DNA of 64,000 nt, taken from the NCBI GenBank assembly GCA_038243585.1, contig JBBSQY010000007.1, forward strand, positions 5,069 to 69,068, in the 5' to 3' direction. The notes beneath the pieces were generated by a model, which was not told the DNA's origin, did not search any database, and was given only the letters and a program-made list of their open reading frames with translations. A program made the position numbers and the translations under genes. Position 1 is the first letter of the stretch, and every line of letters starts with the position of its first letter. Positions 28,919-39,980 of this stretch are shown here, piece after piece. This stretch comes from Candidatus Sumerlaeales bacterium (GTDB lineage: Bacteria; Sumerlaeota; Sumerlaeia; Sumerlaeales; Sumerlaeaceae).

Positions 28919-29383
28919 ATGGAGTCAGACAAAGTTCGGGAAGGAACCGGGGAATTTGAAGATGCCTTTATGCCTCTTCACTATCCCCAAGTACGTGCTG
29001 CAACCGGTCTCAGTGCAAAAAAACTATTGCAACTGATCAAGACTGGAAGCTCTCCGTTTCCTCCTGATGTCCTGCTCTGCTACCCCGATGGCACTCTCCG
29101 TTTTAACCCCGCGCGCTGGCTAAGACACCTGGAGGCCTTACCATGGGCAGGCATGCAAGCGGACCAAAAATCGTTAGTAGAGGAAAAGAGCCAGTCCTGT
29201 ACGCCGTCTTTGCAGACGGCAGCGGGAAGAAAGCCTTCGTCAGGATCAAGGATGAAAACGGAAGGCCCATCAGTCCAGGAGCGCCGCAGCACGAAATTGC
29301 AACAAACGCGTGGCGAATCTTCAACGACCGGCGCCGAGAGGTTACGGATATTACTGAAGATAACAAAACCATCGGAGAACTAA
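28919..29383 (+). CDS. AlpA/excisionase-like HTH protein whose frame runs over the start of the integrase
   Basis: QVRAATGLSAKKLLQLIKTGSSPFP resembles the AlpA pattern V...TGLS...Y..I..G.FP. Lies directly upstream of the integrases. Confidence 0.55.
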   Translation: MESDKVREGTGEFEDAFMPLHYPQVRAATGLSAKKLLQLIKTGSSPFPPDVLLCYPDGTLRFNPARWLRHLEALPWAGMQADQKSLVEEKSQSCTPSLQTAAGRKPSSGSRMKTEGPSVQERRSTKLQQTRGESSTTGAERLRILLKITKPSEN

Positions 29384-30330
29384 CCCTCCGCTACGTAGAG
29401 AGGCGCAGCAAAGGCTGGTCTGATGGTACTATGAAACGATACGTTTCATACCTGGAACAAGTTGACTTGCACCTGGATCCTGCTCTCAGAATTGACGAAT
29501 TTACAGTGGAAGAAGCGGAGGACTTATTAGTCAACGTTGCAGGTTCAACTGGCTGGGCGTCTGGCACCGCTGAGAGGTTCTATTGGTTCTGCAGAGGTGT
29601 TTTTAATTACGCCCGGGATCTCGGTTGGATACTTGGGAACCCGTTTGCTCTTATACCACCACCCCAAGTTGTGCCACTACGAACGGCAGCCCCGTTCTCC
29701 GAAGATGAGGTAAAGAAACTTCTCGCCGTGGCCTATACGCAGTTCCGGTGGTTTTATCCTGCAATCGCAGTCGCTGTGGCGGCGGGTGCACGGCGGTCAG
29801 AGATCTGCGCTCTTCGTGTTGGAAATTATGATCCGATACCGGGGATTTTACACTTCCCCGGCGAAATTACAAAAACCCGTGAGGCAAACGACGTGGGTCT
29901 TCCGCAGTTCGTCAAGGCTGCACTGGATGATTGCGTGAAAGGGCGGTCTCCGCAAGAACAGCTATTCGTTAAGCCGTCTGGAAAGCCGCTTCGCTCCAAG
30001 GATTTTGACCTGACGTGTAAGGAAGGCCGCGATTCACCACGGGTCTGGCGTAAACTCCTGATAGCGGCTGGTCTGGAGTTGCGCGGTGTCCATAAACTCC
30101 GCACAGCCTTTGTCACAAATCTCGTCAACCATGGCAGGTTTACGATCGAAGAGGTAACTGCAGTTACCGGCCAGTCGGTCGAAGTGGCGAAACAGCACTA
30201 TCTAAAACAACGGATCAACCGGCAGGCACCTATTGTCGAACATCTGGAGAAAGTCTATGGGCAGCAGACGGGGCGAATCACTAAACGAGCCAGCCAATGT
30301 TTCATAGGGCACGCCTTCGAAGAGCTGTAG
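29143..30330 (+). CDS. Tyrosine recombinase/integrase (copy 1)
   Basis: GGAGG RBS. GNPF, GARRSE (R), ITKT (K), HKLR, TGQS, QHYL (Y). Confidence 0.9.
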   Translation: MGRHASGPKIVSRGKEPVLYAVFADGSGKKAFVRIKDENGRPISPGAPQHEIATNAWRIFNDRRREVTDITEDNKTIGELTLRYVERRSKGWSDGTMKRYVSYLEQVDLHLDPALRIDEFTVEEAEDLLVNVAGSTGWASGTAERFYWFCRGVFNYARDLGWILGNPFALIPPPQVVPLRTAAPFSEDEVKKLLAVAYTQFRWFYPAIAVAVAAGARRSEICALRVGNYDPIPGILHFPGEITKTREANDVGLPQFVKAALDDCVKGRSPQEQLFVKPSGKPLRSKDFDLTCKEGRDSPRVWRKLLIAAGLELRGVHKLRTAFVTNLVNHGRFTIEEVTAVTGQSVEVAKQHYLKQRINRQAPIVEHLEKVYGQQTGRITKRASQCFIGHAFEEL

Positions 30331-30451
30331 ACTTTGCTGCAGTCGTTGCTGGAACCGTATCATCATTAGTATTTCATTTCTGAATTAACCCTGAATCACT
30401 GCTTGAGGCCACTGTCGGGTTTTGGTGAAATTGATCCGATCGAGGTGTTCC

Positions 30452-31848
<1,397 letters not shown>

Positions 31849-31906
31849 ATACGAACGGCACTACGATTACTGGATGACGCACCTGCTATTCATCATCCTG
31901 GGCGAC

Positions 31907-32155
31907 CTAGGCTATAGCGGTATTGGCCAAAGAGATGTCAATAATGTCTCCGTCTGCCAAAAACGCATCAGCGGTAATGGCCTGGCCTCCGCGGCACAAT
32001 TGAAAGCTGCTAAGCTGGCCAAGAGACTCAGGGTGGGCGGCGCCCAGCCGCGAAAGCAAACTGGCGACTGTCGCGGATTCGTCCAGGTTCAAAAGCTCAA
32101 CCTGTTTGCCGGTAAAGCTCTGCACGATATCATGGTAAACGAGTCTAATCTGCAT
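31907..32155 (-). CDS. MoaD/ThiS-like ubiquitin-fold protein lacking C-terminal Gly-Gly
   Basis: MQIRLVY...TG...L...ATVASLL..L...HPE...L.DGD.I pattern. Ends in NTAIA. Confidence 0.6.
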   Translation of the reverse strand: MQIRLVYHDIVQSFTGKQVELLNLDESATVASLLSRLGAAHPESLGQLSSFQLCRGGQAITADAFLADGDIIDISLANTAIA

Positions 32156-32211
32156 GGTATCCTCCTGCGCATCTAAAGGTATTAGGTCACTGCGTCGGTG
32201 CTGATTAACGT

Positions 32212-33108
32212 TTAGGCGATAGCCGCCGACTTCAGTTCCTGCTCGTCCGCTGATAGATCACTGTCAGTGTCGTCGTTGCCGATCTTATAGCGGTTACGAA
32301 ACACATCAATGCCGGAGCGGAGTTCGTTCATGTCAATAAAAGCGCCTTTGCAAGGACCCATGGGGCGCTTGTTCGTTACTCCAAGAACAGGGAAATACTT
32401 GCCCACGTCCCGGATGCCGGAGATCAAATCCCGCTCACACGCAATGCCGATAATGGCCGCTGGTTTGGTCTGCACAACCTTCTGGCGTGCCTGAGCGCCT
32501 GTGGGTGCCATGTAGAAATCGCAATCATATTCCGCGCTCAGCGACCGAATCTGATCCGCAGTATCGCGATCAATGCAGCGGGGCGACAATACCAGCAGGC
32601 GACCTTTGCTGGGCATACCCATGCGCAGGCGGGTCAGCTCATTATGTATCTCCAGCAGCGAGTAGCCGAGGCGGTCTTTGGAAATGCCGCAGTGTTTTGA
32701 GATCGAAGAGAAAAAATCAAACAATTTAATAGACTGCATACACGCCGCGTCAGCGAGGCGGTTTGGCTTATGGGTTATCAAGACTAAGGTTATAGAACCC
32801 AGCCATACAGCAAAGGCTGCGGCAAAAACGCCCAGCAGCACGATGCTCCCGGTGGCCACAGCGGGATGAATAGACTGAAGCCGTAGATAGAATCCCCACA
32901 CGAGAAAGGAGGCCAGCGAAAAGAATAAGATAAAAGTAAACGCCACAATCCCCAGGAACAACCGTTTGGGTTCCTCAATAAAGCCTTCGTGCGCTTCGAC
33001 GTTTCCGTCCCAGCCATACCACTCGTGACCAAGTTTGCGGTCTGTAATGTGCGTTTCCATATTCGCGGCCATGTTAAACCCCTTTTTTCCGGTAGTGGAG
33101 AAAGTCAA
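32212..33108 (-). CDS. DUF116-family membrane-anchored protein
   Basis: Two N-terminal TM segments. LLVLSPRCI, AIIGIACERDLISGI, RPMGPC. Confidence 0.8.
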   Translation of the reverse strand: MTFSTTGKKGFNMAANMETHITDRKLGHEWYGWDGNVEAHEGFIEEPKRLFLGIVAFTFILFFSLASFLVWGFYLRLQSIHPAVATGSIVLLGVFAAAFAVWLGSITLVLITHKPNRLADAACMQSIKLFDFFSSISKHCGISKDRLGYSLLEIHNELTRLRMGMPSKGRLLVLSPRCIDRDTADQIRSLSAEYDCDFYMAPTGAQARQKVVQTKPAAIIGIACERDLISGIRDVGKYFPVLGVTNKRPMGPCKGAFIDMNELRSGIDVFRNRYKIGNDDTDSDLSADEQELKSAAIA

Positions 33109-33230
33109 ATAAGGTTACGGAAGCCTATCCTCGTTATTCGGCAGGCTGAAACGTGGTGTGCCGTCAATGCCGCGAAGCGGTGGGTATAGGAACGCGGCGA
33201 AGTCGGTCGTGTTTTGATATATACGAGTTA

Positions 33231-33253
33231 CACAGGTGGGACGCCTATGCTAC
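33231..33253 (-). repeat. REP-like element (GTAG family), copy 1
   Basis: Reverse complement GTAGCATAGGCGTCCCACCTGTG; intergenic. Confidence 0.75.
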
Positions 33254-33269
33254 TTGAATCTGCGGCATT

Positions 33270-33303
33270 AAAAAACCTCGCGACAGGTAATCCGCCGCGA
33301 GGT
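33270..33303 (-). terminator. Intrinsic terminator
   Basis: ACCTCGCG...CGCGAGGT stem with an A-tract on the + strand, downstream of the gene at 33339-34037. Confidence 0.65.
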
Positions 33304-33338
33304 ATGTTGGCTATATATATTGGTAAAGTGCTTTGCGT

Positions 33339-34037
33339 TTATTGATCGGCAAAAGGGTTTGCGGCTGTGCTGTCCGTCGTGACGGTATCGTCAGTGGCCG
33401 GCTTGGTTTCACGGTCAAAACGCTTGTTGTCTTTGCCGGTTTTTTTCCCTTTTTCGCCCTTCTTTCCCTTTTCGCCTTTTTTACCTGGCTTGCGTCCTTT
33501 GTCGGGTCTGTCTGCTTTTGAGCGCGTTGACTTGTTGTCGTTGCTGCTCATGCGGTCGCGACCGGCGGTTTTCATTAAATCAGCGGTTTTTGTGTTAACT
33601 TCCGTCAACTGTTCCGGCGTTAAATTGGCTTGCAGAAACGCGTCTGCTTCCTGCTGTGCCGTTTCCATCTTTTGACGCAGAGGTTGCATTATTGCCTGGC
33701 GGGCTTCGCGATCCGTTGCCTGTCGCGCCTGCTTCATCGCTGTGCGCATTTCTTCACGCACCGTATCAGCTTCGGTTTTATGCTGCTCCAGAAAATCGTT
33801 CAGCGCCTGCTTCTGTTCCGTCGAAAGCGTCGGCAGGTTTTTGGCGACCTGGATTTTGGCGAAAGGACCAGCCTGATGGTGTCCCATTTCCCGATTCGGG
33901 CCTTCGGGAGGAGTATGCGGGGCATTCATAGGGGCGGAGCCCATAACGGCAGGGCCGGTCGTAGGCGGCTGTGCCATTGCCACGCCTGCGGCCATGCTCA
34001 TTACTGCAAAAAAAGCGGTGAGGTTCAATCTGTTCAT
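33339..34037 (-). CDS. Secreted Spy/CpxP-like helical protein with Lys/Gly-rich tail
   Basis: Signal peptide, LSTEQ and LTPEQ motifs, KKGEKG repeats. Confidence 0.65.
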   Translation of the reverse strand: MNRLNLTAFFAVMSMAAGVAMAQPPTTGPAVMGSAPMNAPHTPPEGPNREMGHHQAGPFAKIQVAKNLPTLSTEQKQALNDFLEQHKTEADTVREEMRTAMKQARQATDREARQAIMQPLRQKMETAQQEADAFLQANLTPEQLTEVNTKTADLMKTAGRDRMSSNDNKSTRSKADRPDKGRKPGKKGEKGKKGEKGKKTGKDNKRFDRETKPATDDTVTTDSTAANPFADQ

Positions 34038-34329
34038 GAAGGGTCATTCCTTAGTATTAAGATGGTCAACGATTAAGAATGATGCGCAATGGTTGTGCCA
34101 CATCATCTCTGAAGTTAGAATATTGATAATACTGCGGTTGATAAATGATGGGGCCGAAAAACTGTTCGATCCCGTTCTGCTGTACGTGTTCGTCTGACCA
34201 AATAGAACAATCGACACCACACAACGTCTGTCCCGATTTAATAAGCATTTCCGCCCGAACAGTGTACCCTTTTTACTTGTTGTATCCGGGGGGGAACGAT
34301 TTTAAAATGGAAAAAAGGTATGTAATCAG

Positions 34330-35703
34330 ATGACTCGATTTGTCCCTCTAATACTCGTCGCCCTGCTAAGCACCTTCGCCGCCAACGCTTTCGCGGCCAC
34401 TAACGTGCAGGCTAATATTGAAGCACAGGGGCTACTTCTTACCCTCGCCGGCATTTTCTTCGGCGGAATGCTCGTCAGCATGACCCCATGTGTTTATCCG
34501 ATGATCCCCATTACGTTAAGTATCATCGGCGCGCGCAGCGCGGAATCGAAACCGATTGTTGGATTCCTGCGATCTCTCGTGTTCGTTCTGGGCATCGCCA
34601 CCATCTATACGGTGTTGGGCTTGATTGTCGCACTTAGCGGCGGAACCATAGGTTTTCTGCTTCAGAGCAAAGCGTTTCTGATCGTTCTTTCGGTTTTGTT
34701 TATTGTCATGGGATTGAGCATGCTGGGCCTGTTTAATCTGCAATTGCCCCCCGCCTTCACGTCAAAGCTGCAAGGCAGCGGAAATCGCGGCGGGTTCCTT
34801 GGCGCGTTTCTGCTAGGCATTACTACCGGTGTGGTCGCGTCCCCCTGTGGCAGTCCGGTGCTGGTGGGCATTCTTGCCTTGGCCGGAGCGGGCGGCCAGC
34901 CATCCCTGGGTGCCATAATGCTGTTTACCTATGCGCTGGGCATCGGAATGTTGTTCCTGGTACTAGGCACGTTCCCAGCATTTTTAAGTAAAGTTCCAAA
35001 ATCCGGCGTATGGATGGAAGACGTCAAAAAGATGTTGGGTCTGGTGTTGATCATCGCGTCATTTTACTATCTGGGCCTGGCGTTGCCAAAGATGCTTGTG
35101 TGGGGAATGTTGATCGCCACCTGCCTGATGTTCGCGGTGATTATCGCCATTAAAAGCCGCGAGCGGCACCCTTGGCCGAAGCTGTTGTGGGCGTGGCGCG
35201 CAGCAGGTTTGATCCTGGTAGGATTGGCTTTCTACGCGGCCTTTGCGGCTGTGCCGGCATTGTTGGCACAGGAAGCAAAGGTAAACGAACAGAATTCCGG
35301 TATCCCCGGTTTGATGGACGGACGTACGTCAGGCACGCTGGAAGCGCCGCCCGCGGCATGGCTGACTGACGAGCCTGCAGCTCTCGCCATGGGTAAGGAG
35401 TATGGCTGGCCGGTAATAGTGGATTTCGGGGCAGAGTGGTGCGCCGCCTGTCAGGAGCTGGAACACAAAACTTTTGCGGATCCCGCCGTTGAAAAAGTTC
35501 TGGCCGGCTACGTGAAAGTACGCATCGACTGCACAGAAGAGACGCCGGAAAACGCCGCACTTCAGAAGAAGTACAACAGTCCGTCGTTGCCAACCGTATC
35601 GTTTATAAACGCGCAGGGGACCTATCTGCCGGATTTATCTCTTTATGAATTCGAGACGCCAGAGGAATTCCTGGTGCGGTTGTCGCAGGTAACCGGCGAA
35701 TGA
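34330..35703 (+). CDS. DsbD/CcdA-type disulfide interchange protein with C-terminal thioredoxin
   Basis: TPCVYPMIPI, ASPCGSP, many TM helices, DFGAEWCAAC. Confidence 0.9.
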   Translation: MTRFVPLILVALLSTFAANAFAATNVQANIEAQGLLLTLAGIFFGGMLVSMTPCVYPMIPITLSIIGARSAESKPIVGFLRSLVFVLGIATIYTVLGLIVALSGGTIGFLLQSKAFLIVLSVLFIVMGLSMLGLFNLQLPPAFTSKLQGSGNRGGFLGAFLLGITTGVVASPCGSPVLVGILALAGAGGQPSLGAIMLFTYALGIGMLFLVLGTFPAFLSKVPKSGVWMEDVKKMLGLVLIIASFYYLGLALPKMLVWGMLIATCLMFAVIIAIKSRERHPWPKLLWAWRAAGLILVGLAFYAAFAAVPALLAQEAKVNEQNSGIPGLMDGRTSGTLEAPPAAWLTDEPAALAMGKEYGWPVIVDFGAEWCAACQELEHKTFADPAVEKVLAGYVKVRIDCTEETPENAALQKKYNSPSLPTVSFINAQGTYLPDLSLYEFETPEEFLVRLSQVTGE

Positions 35704-35724
35704 GCCCAGCCGTGGAAGGCCGTC

Positions 35725-35940
35725 GTGCCGCCTCTCGGTAAGATGCTTATCATCGGCGGCGTCATGATGATTCTGGCGGGGCTTTTCGTATGGGGCGGAC
35801 CGCGCCTGCCGTGGATTGGCAGGTTGCCCGGCGACATCCGAATAGAAGGCAAAAGCGGGTCCTTTTACTTTCCCGTCGTTACGTGCATCATCATTAGCGT
35901 GGTATTGAGCATCATTTTAAACCTGTTCCGGGGACGCTGA
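35725..35940 (+). CDS. DUF2905-family small membrane protein
   Basis: GRLPGDIRIE...FYFPVVTCIIIS. Confidence 0.85.
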   Translation: MPPLGKMLIIGGVMMILAGLFVWGGPRLPWIGRLPGDIRIEGKSGSFYFPVVTCIIISVVLSIILNLFRGR

Positions 35941-35946
35941 CTTTTC

Positions 35947-36744
35947 ATGACCACTGTTATTGATAACTCTGTCACCGGCGTGGCGGGTATGCAAAATGAC
36001 GATCCGGCTAATGCGCCTGGCGTTCTTATTGAACATCTCACGAAAACCTATGAGGATCTGACGGCTGTGGACGACCTGAACCTGGTCGTGCCACGGGGGG
36101 AATTTCTCTGCTGCCTGGGACCCAACGGTGCCGGAAAAACAACGACCATCAAGATGCTGACCGGGCTCATTCGCCCCACCAGCGGGCGGGTGATGGTGGC
36201 GGGCTACGATGTCCTCAAGCAACCGGTAGAGGCAAAGCGCCGCATTGGTTATGTTCCGGATCAGCCGTACCTTTATGAAAAACTGAGCGGCCGGGAATTC
36301 TTTCATTTTGTGGGAGATCTGTTTTCTGTCCCGCGTGATTTGCAGGAAGAAAAACTGAACTACTTCATGGACTTGTTTGAAATTAAAGGCGTGGCGGACA
36401 AGCTTATCGAAGGCTACAGCCACGGCATGAGGCAAAAGCTGGTGATCAGCGCCAGCCTGATGCACGATCCAGAAGTGGTGGTGGTGGATGAGCCGATGGT
36501 CGGCCTCGATCCGAAAAGCGCCCGAACGGTGAAGCGGCTTTTTCGCCAACAGGCGGAAATGGGACGCACCATATTTCTATGCACCCACGTGCTGAGCGTG
36601 GCGGAGGAACTGGCGGACCGCATTGCCATCTTCAACCACGGCAAAGTGATTTTCCTCGGAACCATGGGCGACCTGCGCGAGCGGCTCGGAAGCGACGATA
36701 GCCTGGAACAACTCTTCCTGGAACTGACAAAAGACGCGGACTAA
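35947..36744 (+). CDS. ABC-2 type transporter ATP-binding protein
   Basis: GPNGAGKTT, YSHGMRQK, VVDEPMVGLDP, CTH. Confidence 0.92.
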   Translation: MTTVIDNSVTGVAGMQNDDPANAPGVLIEHLTKTYEDLTAVDDLNLVVPRGEFLCCLGPNGAGKTTTIKMLTGLIRPTSGRVMVAGYDVLKQPVEAKRRIGYVPDQPYLYEKLSGREFFHFVGDLFSVPRDLQEEKLNYFMDLFEIKGVADKLIEGYSHGMRQKLVISASLMHDPEVVVVDEPMVGLDPKSARTVKRLFRQQAEMGRTIFLCTHVLSVAEELADRIAIFNHGKVIFLGTMGDLRERLGSDDSLEQLFLELTKDAD

Positions 36745-36808
36745 GTGGTCGCGCCGGCGGTCTGATTTTTGTCATTCGCGATCCGCGGGCGTGTCGCACT
36801 TATAAATG

Positions 36809-37060
36809 TTACCGCTGCGGTCGGATGAGCAGGATGTATCCGATGAACACTCCCGCAAAAATTCCGCCGATGACCGTGGCCGCGAACTTCTGAAACACCT
36901 GCCACCACCACCCTGACTCCATATCTGTTGAGGCGGGTTCCTGCAATATCGCTACCAGCCACACGCCCAGGTAATAACCAAATACTGCCATTGAGCATAT
37001 GACCAGCAGGTGCACAACCCACCACATGATCAGCTCCGGAGGAGCGGTATCAGATTTCAC
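36809..37060 (-). CDS. Small two-TM membrane protein
   Basis: Two hydrophobic segments; follows the glycoside hydrolase gene. Confidence 0.5.
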   Translation of the reverse strand: MKSDTAPPELIMWWVVHLLVICSMAVFGYYLGVWLVAILQEPASTDMESGWWWQVFQKFAATVIGGIFAGVFIGYILLIRPQR

Positions 37061-37078
37061 TGCGGTTGACTGGCAGTC

Positions 37079-39805
37079 TTAGTACAACTGCCAGTCGTCA
37101 ACGCCGGAGCTTACCAATTCGAATCGGACGGCGTCCATTACGAACCGGTTACCAGGCGAAGATCCATTTCCGTCAAGATTCTTAAATCGTAGTGTGCCGT
37201 TCGTCCCGGCAGCAAACTGCACGTTTGCAGAAAGTAACGCCCACTGATTTACCAAATTTGCATCTGTAAATACCAGCCGCTTCTGCCCGGTTATGAGAGG
37301 TCCAGAACCTGTAATCGTATATTCCGTCAGGGCATCGTTGTTGTTGCCAGGACCCATCGTCACATAGATGTTATAGCCCCCAGGCACGGGCAGGTTTGGA
37401 CGGAAAGTCGCTGTCTGATTGATCGTGGTGCCATAACGCGCTCCGCTTCCAGTCAATCCGGGAGCGGAACTTTTGCTGGTGGTGGGAAACATGCCCCCGC
37501 TTTCCACATAGGTAGGGGACGGAGTCACGTTGCCGTTGCTCAGGCGGCTCTCGACGATTACATCGGCGCTGACTACGCTCACCGGACCGACCAGGGTCGC
37601 CGTGCCCTTGTTGTTGTAGTCATCGACCGGCACTATTTTATAGTAGTAGTTTCCCGCAGTCGGAAACGGGCCATCGGTGAAGCTGTTGCCTGTGATTGTC
37701 TGCGAGACGCCGACCTGGTTCGAGTATAATTCCCGGACCGATGATGAAGTCGAACGATAGATTAAATAATGGACTGGTACTTCACCGTCAGTGGCAGCCG
37801 CCGGCGTGTTCCAGGTTATGGTAGCATAATACTGCTGGCTGGTTGCGGTCCCGCCAAATATGGCAAGAGGCGGCGTATTGTCATAGCCATCTTTCATCAG
37901 GTAATCCGGCAGCGGCGCGGCGGACGACATGACGTCCGGACCACAAGCAGTAGTCGCACTGCGGATCCGGGAAATCATGCTCGTGCCAAATGCCTGAGAT
38001 GGTATCAACAGGCTCTCGGCGCTGAAAATCCCGCTGCCGTTGAGCGGATACCCGGCTGACTGAGTGTCGCAGATGTTGTCGGCGAGGGCCTGGGCTGTGT
38101 TTGCCGCGTCCGTTGCATCGTCTATCTCAAGCGTAGCGAACAGAGGAGCCACATTGGTGTTTGATCCGGGCATAAGACCATAATCCATGGGGTCGGAAAC
38201 CTGATCGCCGTACAGGGCTTTTGTCATTAGAACACGGTTGGCCCCCGGTGCATTATAACTGCCACCAGGTCCGCCACTGTTCCACTGGCGATAAAACTGC
38301 GGCTGGATTAGATCCTCGGCACCAAAAGTGATGGTACGGTTTGCCGTAGGTATGGCGCTCCACTTTGGCCAGCTTTGAAATACCCGGTTATAGGTATCAT
38401 TGAAGCTGGTCACATAGGCAATGGGAACGGTTCCCACAATCATCCATGGCTTCATATCCGTCACCGCGACATAGGCGTCATGGAGGAATGTCGTAATTAC
38501 TTCCTGCCGTTTTTTCTCAAAGGCAACGCTCTGCGGGTCGGGAGGGGAAGCAGGATTGTAACCCATTTCAATTAGGGCCTGAGGATTATAGCCGAAATTG
38601 TTGCCTTGGTAGCGGATGCGGTCGAAGATGATGCCGTCAAGATCGTAGTTTTGAACCAGGTCTTTCAGGACGTTGATCGTGTGGGCGCGCACATCTGCAC
38701 GACCTGGGTCAGCCCATAGACCCGACTTATCATCACCACCAGTACCCGCGGTTTGTGGAGTAGGTGCCGTACCAGGCCCGCGGTACACGTAGGTGACGCT
38801 GCCCGCCGGCATGGCGGACGGGTAATTATTGTTGCCGTCTGTAACGAGGAAGCAGGAGAATGCCCCATAGACACGCATCCCGAGTTCATGTCCGCGATCA
38901 ATGGCATACTGAACCGGATCATTGCCAGCGTTTGCACCGTTCCCAAAGGGTTCATTGTGCTGGTAAGTGTTGAAGTTGCGATTTTTAATGTAATAATGAT
39001 TGGCCCGGTAGCGAACGAGGATGTCGATGCAGTTAAATCCGTTGGCTTTTGCCTGGGTTATGTAGGTTTCGATATTGGCCAGGCTGGTCAAGCCGTCTCC
39101 GATGGAAATCCAGCAATGGCGCTCTTCGCCGAAACTGCCGGGACCGATGCGTTTGATATTGTCGATGTAAACGGCGCTGGTGTTAGTGGCGACTGGCCAT
39201 GTCGACGCGGATCCGCGGTGAGGGCCCGCAAAATCCGCGTGAGGCTCGCCGGGAGTGCCGATAGGGTCTGTACTGGGGTCTGTGCTGAAATAAAGGGTAA
39301 GATCCTTTGGAAAAGTGCCGCCTGCGGAAACCTGTACTCCAGCACCGATGGTCTGGTAGCCGAATGTCGCAGCGTTTGTGGGTCTGTCCGGCAGGTTCAG
39401 GATGTATCCCGCGTTTACATCGCTGACGCGGGCATTACTAGGCGAGCCGACCTTCGCAGCCATGCCGAAGGTGGCAATGGGTCCCGCGGCGGTGTTGTTG
39501 ACTTTCACGTCGGAGGTAACCATGTAAAATCCGGCTTCGGAGAAGGCGTTCGGAATGGTGACCACGACGCCGTTGACGTTTCCGCCGGGGTCGGTCATCT
39601 GGAGGCGCTGACTGCCGCCTTCGGACGCCACGGAAAATGCGCTGGAAGAGTCGCCGGAGGCGGAGGAATTCGCCCCCGTGGCCCTGGCGATAGTCGGCAG
39701 TGCTCCTTCAAAATCCGACAGTACGACAGTATCGACGGGAGAAGCCGCTAGAAGGCCGGCGGGCAGTAAAGCAAAGAGAATGGAAGTAATATTTTTAAAG
39801 TTCAT
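37079..39805 (-). CDS. Secreted GHL10/DUF187-type glycoside hydrolase with FN3-like and golvesin-like C-terminal domains
   Basis: Signal peptide from MNFKNI (39805). AKANGFN.I...VR, YDLDGIIFDRIRY, FN3-like WNTP...YLIYRS, C-terminal ATFRPNL...G.Y.IY...DAVRF. Confidence 0.75.
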   Translation of the reverse strand: MNFKNITSILFALLPAGLLAASPVDTVVLSDFEGALPTIARATGANSSASGDSSSAFSVASEGGSQRLQMTDPGGNVNGVVVTIPNAFSEAGFYMVTSDVKVNNTAAGPIATFGMAAKVGSPSNARVSDVNAGYILNLPDRPTNAATFGYQTIGAGVQVSAGGTFPKDLTLYFSTDPSTDPIGTPGEPHADFAGPHRGSASTWPVATNTSAVYIDNIKRIGPGSFGEERHCWISIGDGLTSLANIETYITQAKANGFNCIDILVRYRANHYYIKNRNFNTYQHNEPFGNGANAGNDPVQYAIDRGHELGMRVYGAFSCFLVTDGNNNYPSAMPAGSVTYVYRGPGTAPTPQTAGTGGDDKSGLWADPGRADVRAHTINVLKDLVQNYDLDGIIFDRIRYQGNNFGYNPQALIEMGYNPASPPDPQSVAFEKKRQEVITTFLHDAYVAVTDMKPWMIVGTVPIAYVTSFNDTYNRVFQSWPKWSAIPTANRTITFGAEDLIQPQFYRQWNSGGPGGSYNAPGANRVLMTKALYGDQVSDPMDYGLMPGSNTNVAPLFATLEIDDATDAANTAQALADNICDTQSAGYPLNGSGIFSAESLLIPSQAFGTSMISRIRSATTACGPDVMSSAAPLPDYLMKDGYDNTPPLAIFGGTATSQQYYATITWNTPAAATDGEVPVHYLIYRSTSSSVRELYSNQVGVSQTITGNSFTDGPFPTAGNYYYKIVPVDDYNNKGTATLVGPVSVVSADVIVESRLSNGNVTPSPTYVESGGMFPTTSKSSAPGLTGSGARYGTTINQTATFRPNLPVPGGYNIYVTMGPGNNNDALTEYTITGSGPLITGQKRLVFTDANLVNQWALLSANVQFAAGTNGTLRFKNLDGNGSSPGNRFVMDAVRFELVSSGVDDWQLY

Positions 39806-39889
39806 ATAGGGGGACCGTTCGCCAAGGATATAACACGATAAGAAATACTGGTCTGCATAATTGAAATCTGCAAACCAGAAAAATCTTCT

Positions 39890-39907
39890 ATAGAACAAAA
39901 TTTCTAT
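39890..39907. promoter_or_regulatory. Palindrome upstream of recA, candidate LexA (SOS) box
   Basis: ATAGAACAAAATTTCTAT, i.e. GAAC-N4-TTTC, one mismatch from the Gram-positive-type GAAC-N4-GTTC box. Confidence 0.45.
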
Positions 39908-39980
39908 TGATTCTTTCGTTCGTTCGCGAATACCACTGCATAACTTTCACAACATCAACTGCTTTCGAGGAGCCTACACC

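Noticed and set aside
33430-33500. Purine/pyrimidine-skewed short repeats
   Set aside because: They simply encode the KKGEKG low-complexity tail of the Spy-like protein.
38753-39751. 332-aa + strand ORF
   Set aside because: Antisense to the glycoside hydrolase; typical GC-rich shadow frame.
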